From contig CBFFRP010000340.1 of the NCBI GenBank assembly GCA_965644295.1, positions 1 to 40,537 on the forward strand: 40,537 nucleotides of DNA. The letters are read 5' to 3'. The notes under the pieces were generated by a model that worked only from the letters and a program-made list of their open reading frames with translations, made no database searches and was not told the DNA's origin. This stretch comes from Paraphysomonas bandaiensis. Lineage: Eukaryota; Protista; Chrysophyceae. The position numbers and the translations under genes were made by a program. This document shows positions 22,891 to 34,814 of this stretch, one piece after another. Numbering within the stretch: the stretch's first letter is position 1; the number at the start of each line of letters is the position of its first letter.

Positions 22891-24292
22891 ATGAATAAAC
22901 TCTTATTGTTTTCAATCATCAGTTCAGGTAAACACATCTCACAACAGTAACACTAGCCTCGTCTTCTAACACCACTGTGCAGTACACTCACTCAACTATA
23001 CGAAATTAGGGAAGTGTTTCTTAACATCATCATCATGTCGACTTCACTGTAATGACATACGAGTGGATCTAACTGCAGCTGTTGAGGCGATATGTGTGGA
23101 TAATACAGGCGATATTACAGAGTGTGTTACAGACCCTGAAAATTGTGACGCTGTGAGTGTGTTTATCGATATGCATTGTGCTGTTTTGTAGTGTGTCCTT
23201 TTAAACTGACTCTTGTATATCTACTTATAGATAATTGGATCCTATGGTGCCACTGTAATCGATGATGATACTGCCTTCTTCCGAAATGACAGCTGGAGTT
23301 ATGGTGAAATTGATGGCGAAGTTGCGTATGCCGTTAGTTGGTACAATAATCCCGCGGTGTTCGGTGAGCAACTCGCATTCTGGATCAGTTGTAATACGTC
23401 AGCTACCTCCCTTCAACCAGGGAAACTTTCTGGCGACGGTTTACATGGGGGGCCAGCAGCTGGCTACAGCATGATAGACTATTGTGGCGAAGTGCCCACT
23501 CCTGACCCGTATGCCTCATTGTACAGTACAAGCATAGACTTGGCAGAGCTCGTGAATGGCACCTCTACTATTAATTACTGCGAATATAACTTTTTAGTGG
23601 ATGGGGAGGCATGTAGTGATAAAGTTGATTATGCTTGTGGATACGACATTGAAGGTACTCCTCAGTGTTTCGATACTACTGTTTCTGGAAGTGAGTCTTG
23701 TTCATACAATGTGGACTGTTCGAGTGATTTTGATTACTGCTTGGTTCCCACTCCATCATACGATCCACTGACGGATGATGGGGCTGGAGGGGACGATGAC
23801 GGGGCTGGAGGAAACGATGAAGCTTCTGGGGATGGAAAACAAATGAAGCCGAAGCCCAAACCGAAACCAAAACCATCTCCCGGGACCGATTCTGGCAACA
23901 ACACCATATCCAGCAGGAGACTGGGACTTCTGCCATCAACAGGAGTTTGCACACCTGTTTGCTCATCGGACTGTTTCGAGATATCATTGTTTTCTGAAGA
24001 AGAAAATATACAGCTTGATGTCTCCGTCCAGACAACGTTTATGAAATATCTGTGGGAAAATATTGTTGTCTGTTTATCCATGGCAGTTGCTGTTCTGGGT
24101 GTGGTATTCGTGGCCGCGACTCGAAACAATACTCCCCGACATGAATTCAGTTCTGTTAGTAACACGGAACACGGTATTAATCTTTCGGTACATTCCTATC
24201 GACAGCAATCAGGTGACACGAAAGACCGTATGGATCGAGTCGTACTGGAGTCCACACGTGCGTCGCGTACCGCTACAAGCTTGGAGTTGTAG
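22891..24292 (+). CDS. Cys-rich type I membrane protein of unknown family (3 exons)
   Basis: Signal-like MNKLLLFSIISSVHS; introns 22928-22982 and 23153-23230 keep the frame; acidic Cys-rich ectodomain, (KP)n linker, TM IVVCLSMAVAVLGVVFVAA and a short cytosolic tail. Confidence 0.8.
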
Positions 24293-25149
24293 TATATGCC
24301 GGGATCGAGCTCCTCGTACATTACGATGTTTACGCATTTCAGAATTATTTATTTCTGTGGAGAAGCCTTGTTTAATATATACCATGATATATAGTTTAAT
24401 ATCGAATTGATATTACAAACTGACTCTGCCTTAAAACAATCGTTTATATTGTTTTTATTGTTATAGGATTCTACTTGTAGTTTGAGAAGTCATGTACCAA
24501 CAGTGATATCAAGCGTGATATTATAGTCACAGACGAGAGCATCGTGTAATAATAGTATAACTACGCAACACTTACTTGATATCTGGCAACTAGCAAGTAT
24601 ACTAAGTAGAAAATGAATGACCTTGCATTGTATGATGAAATGAGTATTTAGGCCAGATAGGGGCAGGTATCTTATGTGACTACCATATATTCTTTGTAAC
24701 AGGTATAGTGAGGCTAGGGATGGAAAATTTCGAGTATACTAGTGCTAATGTGGTCTCAGTACTGGGTTGCGACTGACCTATCTAGTCCTGAAGGTATAAC
24801 TGCTGAAGTGAGTTCAAAAAAAGCTAACGAGAGATAGTAATATCTTCAGGACTTTCAAAGTACGTGAGAGATAAGTGAAACTATACTCGAACATTTTTAA
24901 TTTATCCGATCTCAATCGAGCAACTACCACAACACTAGAAAACACACGGTCTGACTCAACCCAGTCAACACTTCAATTCTACGAAATCATTGCATTACCG
25001 TCAAAATCACATTCACATGAGCATACAATTTCGTTATGGGAACTGCTATCTATACATCCCACAGATTATTATACATGACACTTCCTATGAATATGCACAA
25101 ACTAAATCTACTAACACCTCTATATTTCAATTCGATCATAGACTTTGTT

Positions 25150-25597
25150 TCAAGGGGTATCGCACTCTTCTAACTCGATAACATCTCCTAGTACTACTTC
25201 CAATTAAGGCGAACAAAGAAACATGTCCGATGTAAACTTACCTCTGCTACTACTTGGTATTGATTTCTTCTTTGCATCCGGAGTTACCCATCCTGCAACG
25301 AAATTAATCCAATGTTCATAAAATCATGCTATATTAATTTCATCCCATACCTTGACGCTGGCCTGTCGCCGCATGTTGTGGCTCTATTGCTCCATCGTCT
25401 GGTTTGGAGTCATTAGTCCCGAAATATTTGTTTTCTTTAGCGCTACTGATATCGTCATCAGATTCATCATCTACCTCAAATTTTTGTACACTTGTATTAG
25501 TACGTTTTCCCTCTGCACTGCGTATATTATTCATAGGAGATTTTTCTGTTTCTTTCGTTTCTTCACTTGTATTTGAACAGCTGGATGCAAGACCCAT
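25150..25597 (-). CDS. Small hydrophilic protein with a putative N-myristoylation/palmitoylation signal (3 exons)
   Basis: MGLASSCSNTSEET...QRQ|GWVTPDAKKKSIPSSSR|GDVIELEECDTP* joined through two GT-AG introns; MGxxxS plus Cys7. Confidence 0.5.
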
Positions 25598-26299
25598 AAG
25601 TTTAGTATATATATTCTTTAAACCGCCATTTAAAGACATTAGCACAATACACTATATAGAGAGCCTTCGTGATAACAAAATCTGGTATTAGTGTTGCACA
25701 GTGTGTTGAAATTATCAATGTGGAGATGAGTGGTATGGTGTGTATATATATACGTTTAGTTTAATATGCACTTGAGAGGGACGTACAGCAGACCATAGAG
25801 AACAGTCACGTAGATCTCTACACAGATTTTCATACATTATAAATGAGGATTCAGAATGATAGGATGCCATAAAATTCCACTTATTCTAGAAAAATACTCT
25901 ACTGGAAGTGTGAATTCTCCAGTTTCAAGGTTTCATAGGATAAAAGTCCATGTTTTCTTCCTAAAAAGTCCATAGAAACGGTTGCACATCAACATGAATA
26001 TATAACATTATACAGTCTATACACTGTATTTTCTAAGAAGCCGAACACTTAGAATTCCTATACGTATGCTATACCAGTCGTAGTATGGTATATATAGTCG
26101 TATACATACTGCTCTAGATGTACTCTGTATACACTCATGCAACACTGCCTGTATATGTATGTATATATAGAGGGCATGTATGTGTATGTGTAGGTGTATA
26201 TAGAGGCGTGTGTGTATGTGCAGTGGAGTTCACTCCGACTCTAAGACTTAACCAGAGCTTATATTATACTTAATCGATACGATCTCTTCCTGCAAGATA

Positions 26300-26607
26300 A
26301 TGTCAACTACTGAGAAAGAGAATGTACTGGATATACTAGAGGAGGATGATGAGTTCGAGGTGGAGTGTAGCGTTACGTATATAGAATCCTGTAAACTAAA
26401 TTATTGATAGGAGTTTGAGAACTCTAATTGGGAAGATGCCACTGGTGCAGATGATGGGCAATTGTGGCAGGTATTTTGATCATAATTTTAGTGGTTTCTG
26501 GATTAAATATGCCATATGTGCAGGACGATTGGGACGACGTTGACACAAATGATGACTTCACGGAACAACTCAGACAGCAATTTGAGTCAACATCGAATTC
26601 GAATTAA
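26300..26607 (+). CDS. SEM1: 26S proteasome subunit SEM1/DSS1 (3 exons; missed by the ORF track)
   Basis: Exons 26300-26359, 26411-26470 and 26524-26607 give MSTTEKENVLDILEEDDEFEEFENSNW...LWQDDWDDVDTNDDFTEQLRQQF, with the EEDDEFEEF and WxDDWDD..DDF..QLR signatures. Confidence 0.96.
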
Positions 26608-27028
26608 GATATTTTGCGTAGCGTAATATATTGCTGTAAGACTTGAAAAATCAAATATAAATAACATCAGCTTTTATAGTCCATAAAAATGGAAGTTAAT
26701 TGCTTTATATTGTAAGTTTAATCAAGCTGTCACGCACGCATTTAGGTACTGTGGTTACAGCCCCAGTGTATTTTAGAGAGCAACGTCATGATTAAATAAT
26801 ACACTTAAAAGAGTACTTGGGTACTGCCATTGACTTTAATGCATGTGCATGGAATTCGGTTAATTACATCTTCAATCTGCTATGCAATGGGGACTAGTAA
26901 CCTTAAACAATACCAATTATTATTTGCTTCATTATAATACTTTCATAAAAGAAAATACGGCACGTTGTAAAACAGTACCGAAGCATAAATAGTCTGGGCT
27001 ATAATCCATACAATCACAATTCACGGAA

Positions 27029-28912
27029 CTACAATGCAGTATTGGATACATCGCCTTCATTCGAGTTGAATACAGCCATAAGGGAAGGTCGCATTGGTAC
27101 ATCACCGGGGGATTGCTGGTGTGACTTTTTTGCACTATCAGTGTTTTCCCGCCCATTCTCTTCTGTGGCGGATGATGCGTGAGTGATAGTGTTCCTCTTC
27201 TGCGGAGTTAATGAACCGGAAGCTTGCCGTTCCTTCTGAATGGCCGTTGCACCAATGATCGGATCACTACTTCTACGTTGAGGAGGGTTTCCTTGATTAC
27301 CAAAACCAAAGAACCACTTTAGTGATCCACGACGATTCAAGCCCTGCTCACCTCGTCCCTGGTTTTCCACGTCGTCAGTCTTGCTACTCTCAACATTTGC
27401 ATTTGTAGCGTTTGTCCGTCTAGGTGTGACATTGCCAGCCGTCAAGTTTTTTTCGTCCGTCATCGCATTCGCATTCGCTGCGTGGTCCCTCATCCACTCT
27501 TCTTTGTGTCTCGCCACGTTTTCTCGAGTTATAGCCGCCACTTCAGCCGCAGCTACTGGGTCAACACTATGTGAACCGTATTGACCACTCCATACCCGCG
27601 GGCCTGCTAGTGGAGAATTAAACTGTTCCACAGAGAGAGTCATACTGCGACTGCTCAGACTACTGGCGCTATCATCATAATCTCGGCTGCCTGCACTACG
27701 TCTAGAACGCTTCAAATACCGGGTGATGCTCTCTTCGCCTAACTCACTTCCAGAAGCCGACACATCCTCGTTGTTACTCTCTGATGCACTCTCTATTCCA
27801 CCCTGACCTTCATTATCTCCTTCGCTATCTTGCCACGTGCCGGCGGGGTCTTCCAGACGAAACATAGTTAACCACGAACCCCGACGTTCTGGGGGATTCG
27901 CCGTGGTGCCAGTGTTTCTCACGCCGTCTTCACCATTGAGAACAGTGTTGTTACTATCACCTACAGGTCTTTCATCTTGTGATGGGTTGTTGATATTTTC
28001 AGATGTGGAGGCAGTGGGGTCGTCGAGGCCCACTAGGGCTCTCCACGATGATCGTCGACCTGGGGGAGTAGTCTTTACACTGCCGGGAGTTCCCGCAGGG
28101 GTAGTATCTTGTGAACCACCGACAGCAGCTGCACGGGAAGCGGCTGACATATTTACCATGACCACGGGTGTGTCATCCGTACCTCCCGCTTCAGTTGAAT
28201 TGCGCTCTGAATTGGCCTCACTACTTTGCCCCAAAACCTGTTCAGGAGGACAAAACTCTCCATCCAGTGCGTAATTGAGGTTAACCGGCGTGGGCTCATT
28301 CTCCTTAGAATTTTCACGCACAGAAGTCTCCTCCTCTATCTGCTCTTGCTGTGGACTATCTTCGGAAATGGCATAACCTATTTCATTGCTACTGGGCATT
28401 GGGTCTCCACTAGTGTTCTCTTCAGACACAGGTGGACTCGGTGGTGTCTTATCCATAGCAGCCTTATCTGAGCTTTGTGATAGATCCCACACTTCATTTA
28501 AGCGATGCTTTGGCGCGCATAAGTCACATACTCTTGATTCATTGTTCTCCAGCATTGATAACTTATCCGATCGTAATTGCAGTATAACTGCTCTTTGGCT
28601 ACTACATTTGTGGCATACAACATAACCACAACTCCGGCAGTGATGGCGACGGATAAATAAAGTAAACTTCTGCGTACATATCATACACTTCGTAACTTCA
28701 CCATCAAGTATCCAACCAACAGTGTAGGAATCATGTCGCAAGTGCACACGATGAATAACGCCGTTTACCCAATTTTCACATCGTATTTCAGCCCCATCAA
28801 GACCATACAAGACCGTACCTTCATTCGGCAATCCTTTTACACTAACTTTAGCAAGTGAACATAATGTTTTCAATTTTTCAGCTGGGGTAAGATGCACAGA
28901 AGCAGAATCCAT
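27029..28912 (-). CDS. FYVE zinc-finger protein with a long disordered tail, 627 aa
   Basis: WILD..CMIC..FTLFIRRHHCRSCGYVVCHKC...RVCDLC contains the complete WxxD, RRHHCR and RVC PI3P-binding motifs. Confidence 0.92.
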   Translation of the reverse strand: MDSASVHLTPAEKLKTLCSLAKVSVKGLPNEGTVLYGLDGAEIRCENWVNGVIHRVHLRHDSYTVGWILDGEVTKCMICTQKFTLFIRRHHCRSCGYVVCHKCSSQRAVILQLRSDKLSMLENNESRVCDLCAPKHRLNEVWDLSQSSDKAAMDKTPPSPPVSEENTSGDPMPSSNEIGYAISEDSPQQEQIEEETSVRENSKENEPTPVNLNYALDGEFCPPEQVLGQSSEANSERNSTEAGGTDDTPVVMVNMSAASRAAAVGGSQDTTPAGTPGSVKTTPPGRRSSWRALVGLDDPTASTSENINNPSQDERPVGDSNNTVLNGEDGVRNTGTTANPPERRGSWLTMFRLEDPAGTWQDSEGDNEGQGGIESASESNNEDVSASGSELGEESITRYLKRSRRSAGSRDYDDSASSLSSRSMTLSVEQFNSPLAGPRVWSGQYGSHSVDPVAAAEVAAITRENVARHKEEWMRDHAANANAMTDEKNLTAGNVTPRRTNATNANVESSKTDDVENQGRGEQGLNRRGSLKWFFGFGNQGNPPQRRSSDPIIGATAIQKERQASGSLTPQKRNTITHASSATEENGRENTDSAKKSHQQSPGDVPMRPSLMAVFNSNEGDVSNTAL

Positions 28913-29350
28913 ATGTGTGTATGTGTATATATGTATGTGTGTGTGTGTGTCTTACTATACAGACACAGTGCAATAAATATATACTCGTATCAATATATCA
29001 GTTGATTAAAAGCATTAATATCCACTTAACAACTCGATTAAATCTCACTTGATCATATTACGACAAGTCTCCCTCCTCTGCTTAATGTATGGACAAGTGT
29101 GTAATGTGATCTTCATATGGTGCAGTTGGACTGCTATAGATTTCAAACTACAGTATAGCGCATCACCTAAAAATGGTATTACTTGTAGAAAAATATCCTT
29201 TTTCAAGTATTTTTCTTTAAAATTTCATATAAATTGGTATTTTTATAGGAAATATCATAAGTTTTGATACCAAAATACACAGAGATTTACTGTACAAGAG
29301 GTACCGCATATATCTATGTATGTTCGTCCTATGCTCCATATATATGCGTG

Positions 29351-29475
29351 TCGGCATCGTTTGTATATTTTTGTTGAAAGATGCCTCTAATATTGAGACA
29401 ACAATTATATGTATTCCAGCCGTATTTGTATTGCAGTAGTATGCAGTAATACTGCTTCAATTTATTTCCGAAAAT
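29351..29475. repeat. Dispersed non-coding repeat, copy 1 (copy 2 at about 34925-35048)
   Basis: tcggcatc..aaagatgcctc.aatattgagacaacaattat.tgtattccagccgt is shared in the same orientation. Confidence 0.85.
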
Positions 29476-30489
29476 GACCTACACGTCTATATCTTTAAAG
29501 ACACTGCATGTGATTATCAAGCTTATATCCCCCTATATAGAAGAGATAGCAGTGTATCGCTCTATAAACACATGAGTGTTATTAATTTGAAGACTATCAC
29601 ACATCTTACTTGAGAATCCAGCGGCGGTGATACCGCAAGTGAACTCTCGGGTATACCCCGCTCATCATGTAGCTACTTCTTCATCCAAGTATGCCATCCA
29701 GCAGCAGTGAATCATAATCCTCGAGGTCGATAAGGCCAGAACTGAAGACGATGAATTCACGCACTCTATTATTAGCAGGCATCGAGTACAATGATTGCAA
29801 CAGTAATGACTTTCTACAAAGATGAAGGGTTGGTTGTTTCATAGTTAATGGAGGGTATATATGAGATATTGCCCGGTGTTGTTGATCCAAGACACTGTGT
29901 TACGGGATTGCAAGAAGTTCAGTGGACTGGATTAACACGGGAATCACAACATAATATAATTATGATGTTAGGGCATCCTGTTGCAGGTCAAATTGCTTAA
30001 AAGGTTCGTTTGCTTAGCATAAAGAACGTGTCTATTTCTAAGTTTAGAGAACTGTTGTGGCCATATACTACTAGTAACCGCTATAATATTTGATTAATAT
30101 GAAGTGATGCTTATGTTCTCCTTATTATTAATAAATCAATACAATAGTTAAATGGCTTAATAATTGTTTAACCTAACCAACTGATTCAACTCACATAACT
30201 GAAGTAACATTGTGTATAGTTTATTATTATTACATATGCAATCGTCATAGCACACCATACTTATTCTCTTGATAATGATCAGATTATTTCGTCCATTGAC
30301 TCTCATTCGGTTACTACACATCATTACTTTCGCTTTTACTCAATAGTGTACGTATTGTACTGCATTATGCACTGCAGGCACTCCCGTTTACGTTTGAATC
30401 TCTACGGCTACTTCAATATGAAGTGTAATTCAATATTACTTACGAAGTTGACATAGCAGTTCACACGCTCACCATGCACTATAACCACA

Positions 30490-31488
30490 TCATTTCCTAC
30501 TCATCGTAATGTACGTATAGTACATACTACCAACTATACTAATATTGAGGCCGATAAAATTCATATAATTAAAACTATAACCTGCGAGAAATAACATTGA
30601 CGCGTACGTAACGAGTACATTCTTTAAACAGCCAACAACTGCAGTCGTTAGAGCAGAGTTAGTAGATGTACAAAGAAATATCGAGTAATTCAGCACACTA
30701 CCCATAATCGCTGCAGCAAAAAATATCGCAATGAACTCCCATTGGCTCCAACCATCAAACATATAAACCTTCATGAGAATCCCTCCATATTGTACACCGT
30801 AAGTTCCTCTTTGCCATTCGGGAAGTGAGAGATAAGTTAACATATGCTCCGATTCTAACACGAAAAAGTACAGGACCAGAGCAAAAAAGCTGAACGCCGA
30901 ATTGTAAAATAGTACACCCATCTTGCTACACCGAGATGATACCGCGGCTTTTTTCAGGTATACTCCATTGAGAGCAGTAAAAACATCATTCAACAGTACC
31001 ATCGCATAACCGTAAGCATCAAATGTCAAATCATACAGCGCAGCAAACACCGCACCAAATATCATCAGAAACACGGATGTCAATATACTACCCGAGGGTA
31101 CCTTTGCTAGGACGGCATACTCACCCAGTAAGGTCATTAATATACTGAACCGACGAAGAACAGTGAACATTGGAATATTAAGCGACTCTGTCCCTCCCAG
31201 TCCGAATATAACATTTCCAAAAAAGAACAACGATATCGGAGAAATATCCCTAACGATCGCAGTCGTAAGCCTAGGTATCTCAACTTTTCCAAGGAAGTAC
31301 AGCACAAGTAATATAATGGAAGTTGATGCAAACTGACATGCTGCAAGAAAGTCAAAAAAAGGAAACTCAAATCCACTCAAAACAATTTTATTAATAAATA
31401 TTACAGCGATAGAAGTGATCCCGTAAAATATAGTTGAAGAAAGCTTGAGCCAGAGAGTGGGCTCCATAGCCACTGTACTAGAAATCAT
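30490..31488 (-). CDS. Nucleotide-sugar transporter, SLC35D/fringe-connection-like
   Basis: About 10 hydrophobic segments; motifs FINKIVLS.F.FP, LNIPMFTVLRRFS, FYNS and CTSTNSALTTAVVGCLKN. The start could be at 31488 or 31467. Confidence 0.9.
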   Translation of the reverse strand: MISSTVAMEPTLWLKLSSTIFYGITSIAVIFINKIVLSGFEFPFFDFLAACQFASTSIILLVLYFLGKVEIPRLTTAIVRDISPISLFFFGNVIFGLGGTESLNIPMFTVLRRFSILMTLLGEYAVLAKVPSGSILTSVFLMIFGAVFAALYDLTFDAYGYAMVLLNDVFTALNGVYLKKAAVSSRCSKMGVLFYNSAFSFFALVLYFFVLESEHMLTYLSLPEWQRGTYGVQYGGILMKVYMFDGWSQWEFIAIFFAAAIMGSVLNYSIFLCTSTNSALTTAVVGCLKNVLVTYASMLFLAGYSFNYMNFIGLNISIVGSMYYTYITMSRK

Positions 31489-32012
31489 AGTAGACTGCGT
31501 TGAATGATCGTACGCACTTGACAACTGTACACAGGGCAAGGGCTAGCACATATTGACTGCCATGCAAAGCCTGCCAGTGTAACCAATGCTAGTGCTGCAC
31601 AATATTGCAATGGCCAACGCTAGCTCATTGAATTTGATCTCGTGTAAAGTGTATGTTGCAAACAATTGAAATTTTAACATACATACATACATACACCTGT
31701 GAGACTGATACCACAATTACAGTTACGATAATACGACGGTGTATACTGGTATACTACCGTGAATAGTGTACATCTTCTACTACTATTGTATATGAATGTG
31801 TGTGAAGTTGTAAATTTCCCTTATTTCTAGGACACTTCAATAAAATATCAGCATTTATGACACAAAACCCTATAAATTATAGAATAGTTGCCTCAAAGTA
31901 GGAGTTTTCACATGGATTTTAGCTGCTAAACAGGCCGAGTTGATACAACTCAAATGCATAGTCGCTCTGCATCACTCTTACATAAGTTACTGTACCTAAT
32001 CTTTCAATCTGC

Positions 32013-32759
32013 ATGTTTCGTATATCTTCCAAGCGCCTATTCTGCACTACGAGGCCTACCTTTAGAAAGCCTAAGTTGCTGGCTATATCTGGGAGCACTA
32101 GGAAGGTAGCATTAACAGTATGCTCTTACAGGCTGCCAGTGCAATTGCTACGAAAGCTGGGGCGGATGTCACTATTGTGAATATGGAAGACTTTCCTATA
32201 CCGTTGTACAATCAGGATACGGAGAGTGAGCATATCCCCGAGACTGCCCAGAAGCTGAAGCAGCTATTCAGTGAAAGTGATGGCTTCATCGTAGCGTCCC
32301 CAGAGTACAATGGATCCATGACGCCGCTGCTCTGCAACACTCTAACCTGGATGAGTCGTCCATTCAGTAAAGATGAAACTATGTACGGCCCTTTCCAGCT
32401 GAAACATGGTGTAGTCTTGTCAGCGAGTCCTGGCGCACTAGGCGGCCTTCGGTCACTATCACCTGTACGGGCTTTGCTTACAAATCTCGGAGTAAACATT
32501 CTACCTAATCAAGTAAAGCATATTTCTAGTAATATAGTCGATGTTTTATTGTATGTTACAGGTGGCTGTCGGAAATGCTTACAAAGTGATGTCTCGCAAC
32601 GATTCGGGTGAAGTAGAGATCACGAACGAGCGCATTGCAACCATGCTACAGGGAGCCATGTTTGAGCTCGTGCATGCATCTAGAGACCGCGTGAATCGCG
32701 ATTCCACATGTGCAATGGTACAAGAATTACACGCGCAATATGGAAATATTATTGTATGA
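32013..32759 (+). CDS. NAD(P)H-dependent FMN reductase (ChrR/SsuE/Lot6 type) with an apparent 1-bp frameshift near 32105
   Basis: LLAISGSTRK / GSINSMLLQAA fall in different frames. Motifs PLYNQD, SPEYNGS, WMSRP and SASPGALGGLR; intron 32513-32561; Arg/Ser-rich N-terminus resembling a mitochondrial presequence. Confidence 0.88.
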
Positions 32760-33031
32760 AATATACTGCAGTAAAAGCTTTCACTCTTGGTGTCATAATG
32801 GCAAAATTACGGAAACGTATGAATTTTATTTAAAAAGAAATAAATGTAAAACTGTGCAACCTTTAAATAGCTGAAAACATATTCTTTTAATAACAATTAA
32901 ACTTTTGCAGCCAGAAGTCCTCTGTTGAGTTCTGTAGTATGATGTCATATAGGTTGTGCAATTTAAGTAAGTTAAAAGGTGCAATGGGTGAAATAAATTC
33001 ATAGGAGTAACGGGTGAATACAGTTACAAAG

Positions 33032-33311
33032 TACCACCACAAAGCCCCGTAGAGTCTCATCCCAGGGGGAGACCCCCTGATCACATCCGCCAGTGAGTCC
33101 TAGGACACACGATCAAGGCGAGCCTAACAATCAACATATAGAACGGAAGTGGTCGCTGGTCGCACCTTTGGTTAAATAGTAGGATAATAGAGTTTGTGCT
33201 GATTAGTTATGGATAGAGGTCGAAATAGTCTGTCTAGCATTCAACTAGCCACCACATTGGTGCAGATTTTTAACGCCTATAGCGAAATAGTACGACTTTC
33301 AATATATATAT
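33032..33311 (+). mobile_element. 5'-truncated non-LTR retroelement copy (copy 3) with a TSD and (TA)n tail
   Basis: Homologous to the 3' region of copy B. The direct repeat agttacaaag lies at 33022-33031 and 33312-33321. It ends gactttcaatatatatat. Confidence 0.75.
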
Positions 33312-33778
33312 AGTTACAAAGGAAGTAAAGTCAGTTACTGACATGTGACTATGTAAGTCATTGGTGAGCATATGATAAATAGATGTTGCTGTGAACAGGT
33401 GCTCACCAGTTAACCTGACGTTACATATATATGTTGTAAAGTGTTGAGGTTAGCGATTACAAGTCTTACTTGAAAGTACATTGTGTACAACAAAGCAAGG
33501 TTAAGATTAAATTGTGGAGCAAGGTTAACACCCTCCAGTCTTATAATATCCATAGTTATTATTATCATAGATATTTTCATATATTTCACGATCCCATATA
33601 TGTAAAATTTTTAGTAATAACAATACGTCAATTTGATGTGTACAAGATTAACGTGTAGACACTTCCTCGTCAGTATCACTGATATTCGTAAAATGTAATT
33701 ACTCTTTCAGATAGTTGCACAGGAAGCAAATTAAACAGATGCGCCGCATCAAGTGGATATATAGTTGATGCTATTTAC

Positions 33779-34814
33779 TTAGTCTTTAGGTCGCCACTCT
33801 TACTGGCGGCCGGACGGAGATTAAGTTCTGTGGACCAGTACCGAATAGCCTCACGCATTTTTTCCCGTTCCTTAAGATCTGACCAGGGATGAAATCCTGG
33901 GCGCATATAATCAAACCACATCGGTATGAACATCGTGAAGAAGCCTGTATATTAAACATAATATTAAGTTGAACTGATTTAGAGAAAAAAATTATACTCT
34001 GAACGTACCAGGATATATGAATAGAAATCGGAATAAGTCCCGAACGCCTGACAACGTAATCCCATTCTTGTGGTCCAACATAAACTTAACGTTCAAATAA
34101 ACAACCACAGCAATAAAGATCACAGTAGTAAGGAGATGGCGATACACGCGTGCCAGATACCAACCACCAACTTCACAGTATACATCATATGCCACAGCTT
34201 TGTGTTCGGTCTCCTCTATTGCATGCCAAACCCAGAGAGCTCGGTGTGAAGGTGCTATACTGTCAATCAGGTAGCGACCCTAATAAGGTAATAACATGTT
34301 ATATATATAGATATATATCATGACATCACATACAAATAGTATACAGAAATACCTCAGGAGTTGTGAGAAGAATTTCTGCGAGAGAAGCGGTGAGATGCTC
34401 CAGTGAACACGTAATTCCGAGGCAACCATAAGCCTTGTTCGGAATCAATGGACTGTGCTCAATAACATAGAATATCTTTTGGAGCATAAAATTCACCCCG
34501 TCCATATCATGGTTGTGCTTTCCTTGGATCTTTTTATTGTAAGATGAATGCTCTGCTGCATGTTGTGCCTCCTGAGCAATGAACGCTTTCACTTCCGTAC
34601 ACAACTTATCATTTTGTTTCAGACGTGAATCATCTGCAAATCGACGTACAGCACGAACAAAAAAAGCTTCTCCTTCAGGAAACAAAGCTGACATCGAGTG
34701 GATAAAGTCAGTAACGGTCTGAGAGTTCTCTGCCCAGAACTCTGGTTCATTACTCTTAAACGGTTTCTGATCTTTACCAAGGTGACGAGGGATTATTCGA
34801 GGGATACCTGACAT
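33779..34814 (-). CDS. Predicted metal-dependent hydrolase (PF10118-like; two ExxH motifs), 3 exons
   Basis: Exons 34814-34353, 34279-34009 and 33944-33779; motifs SALFPEGEAFFVRAVR, FIAQEAQHAAEH, LEHLTA, WVWHAIEETEHKAVAYDVY and YMRPGFHPW. Confidence 0.88.

Noticed and set aside
29600-29950. Possible pseudogene or TE fragment
   Set aside because: Short broken frames and no diagnostic motif.
14744-31488. Glycosylation gene cluster (GT64 plus SLC35D transporter)
   Set aside because: The genes are about 14 kb apart with several unrelated genes between them.
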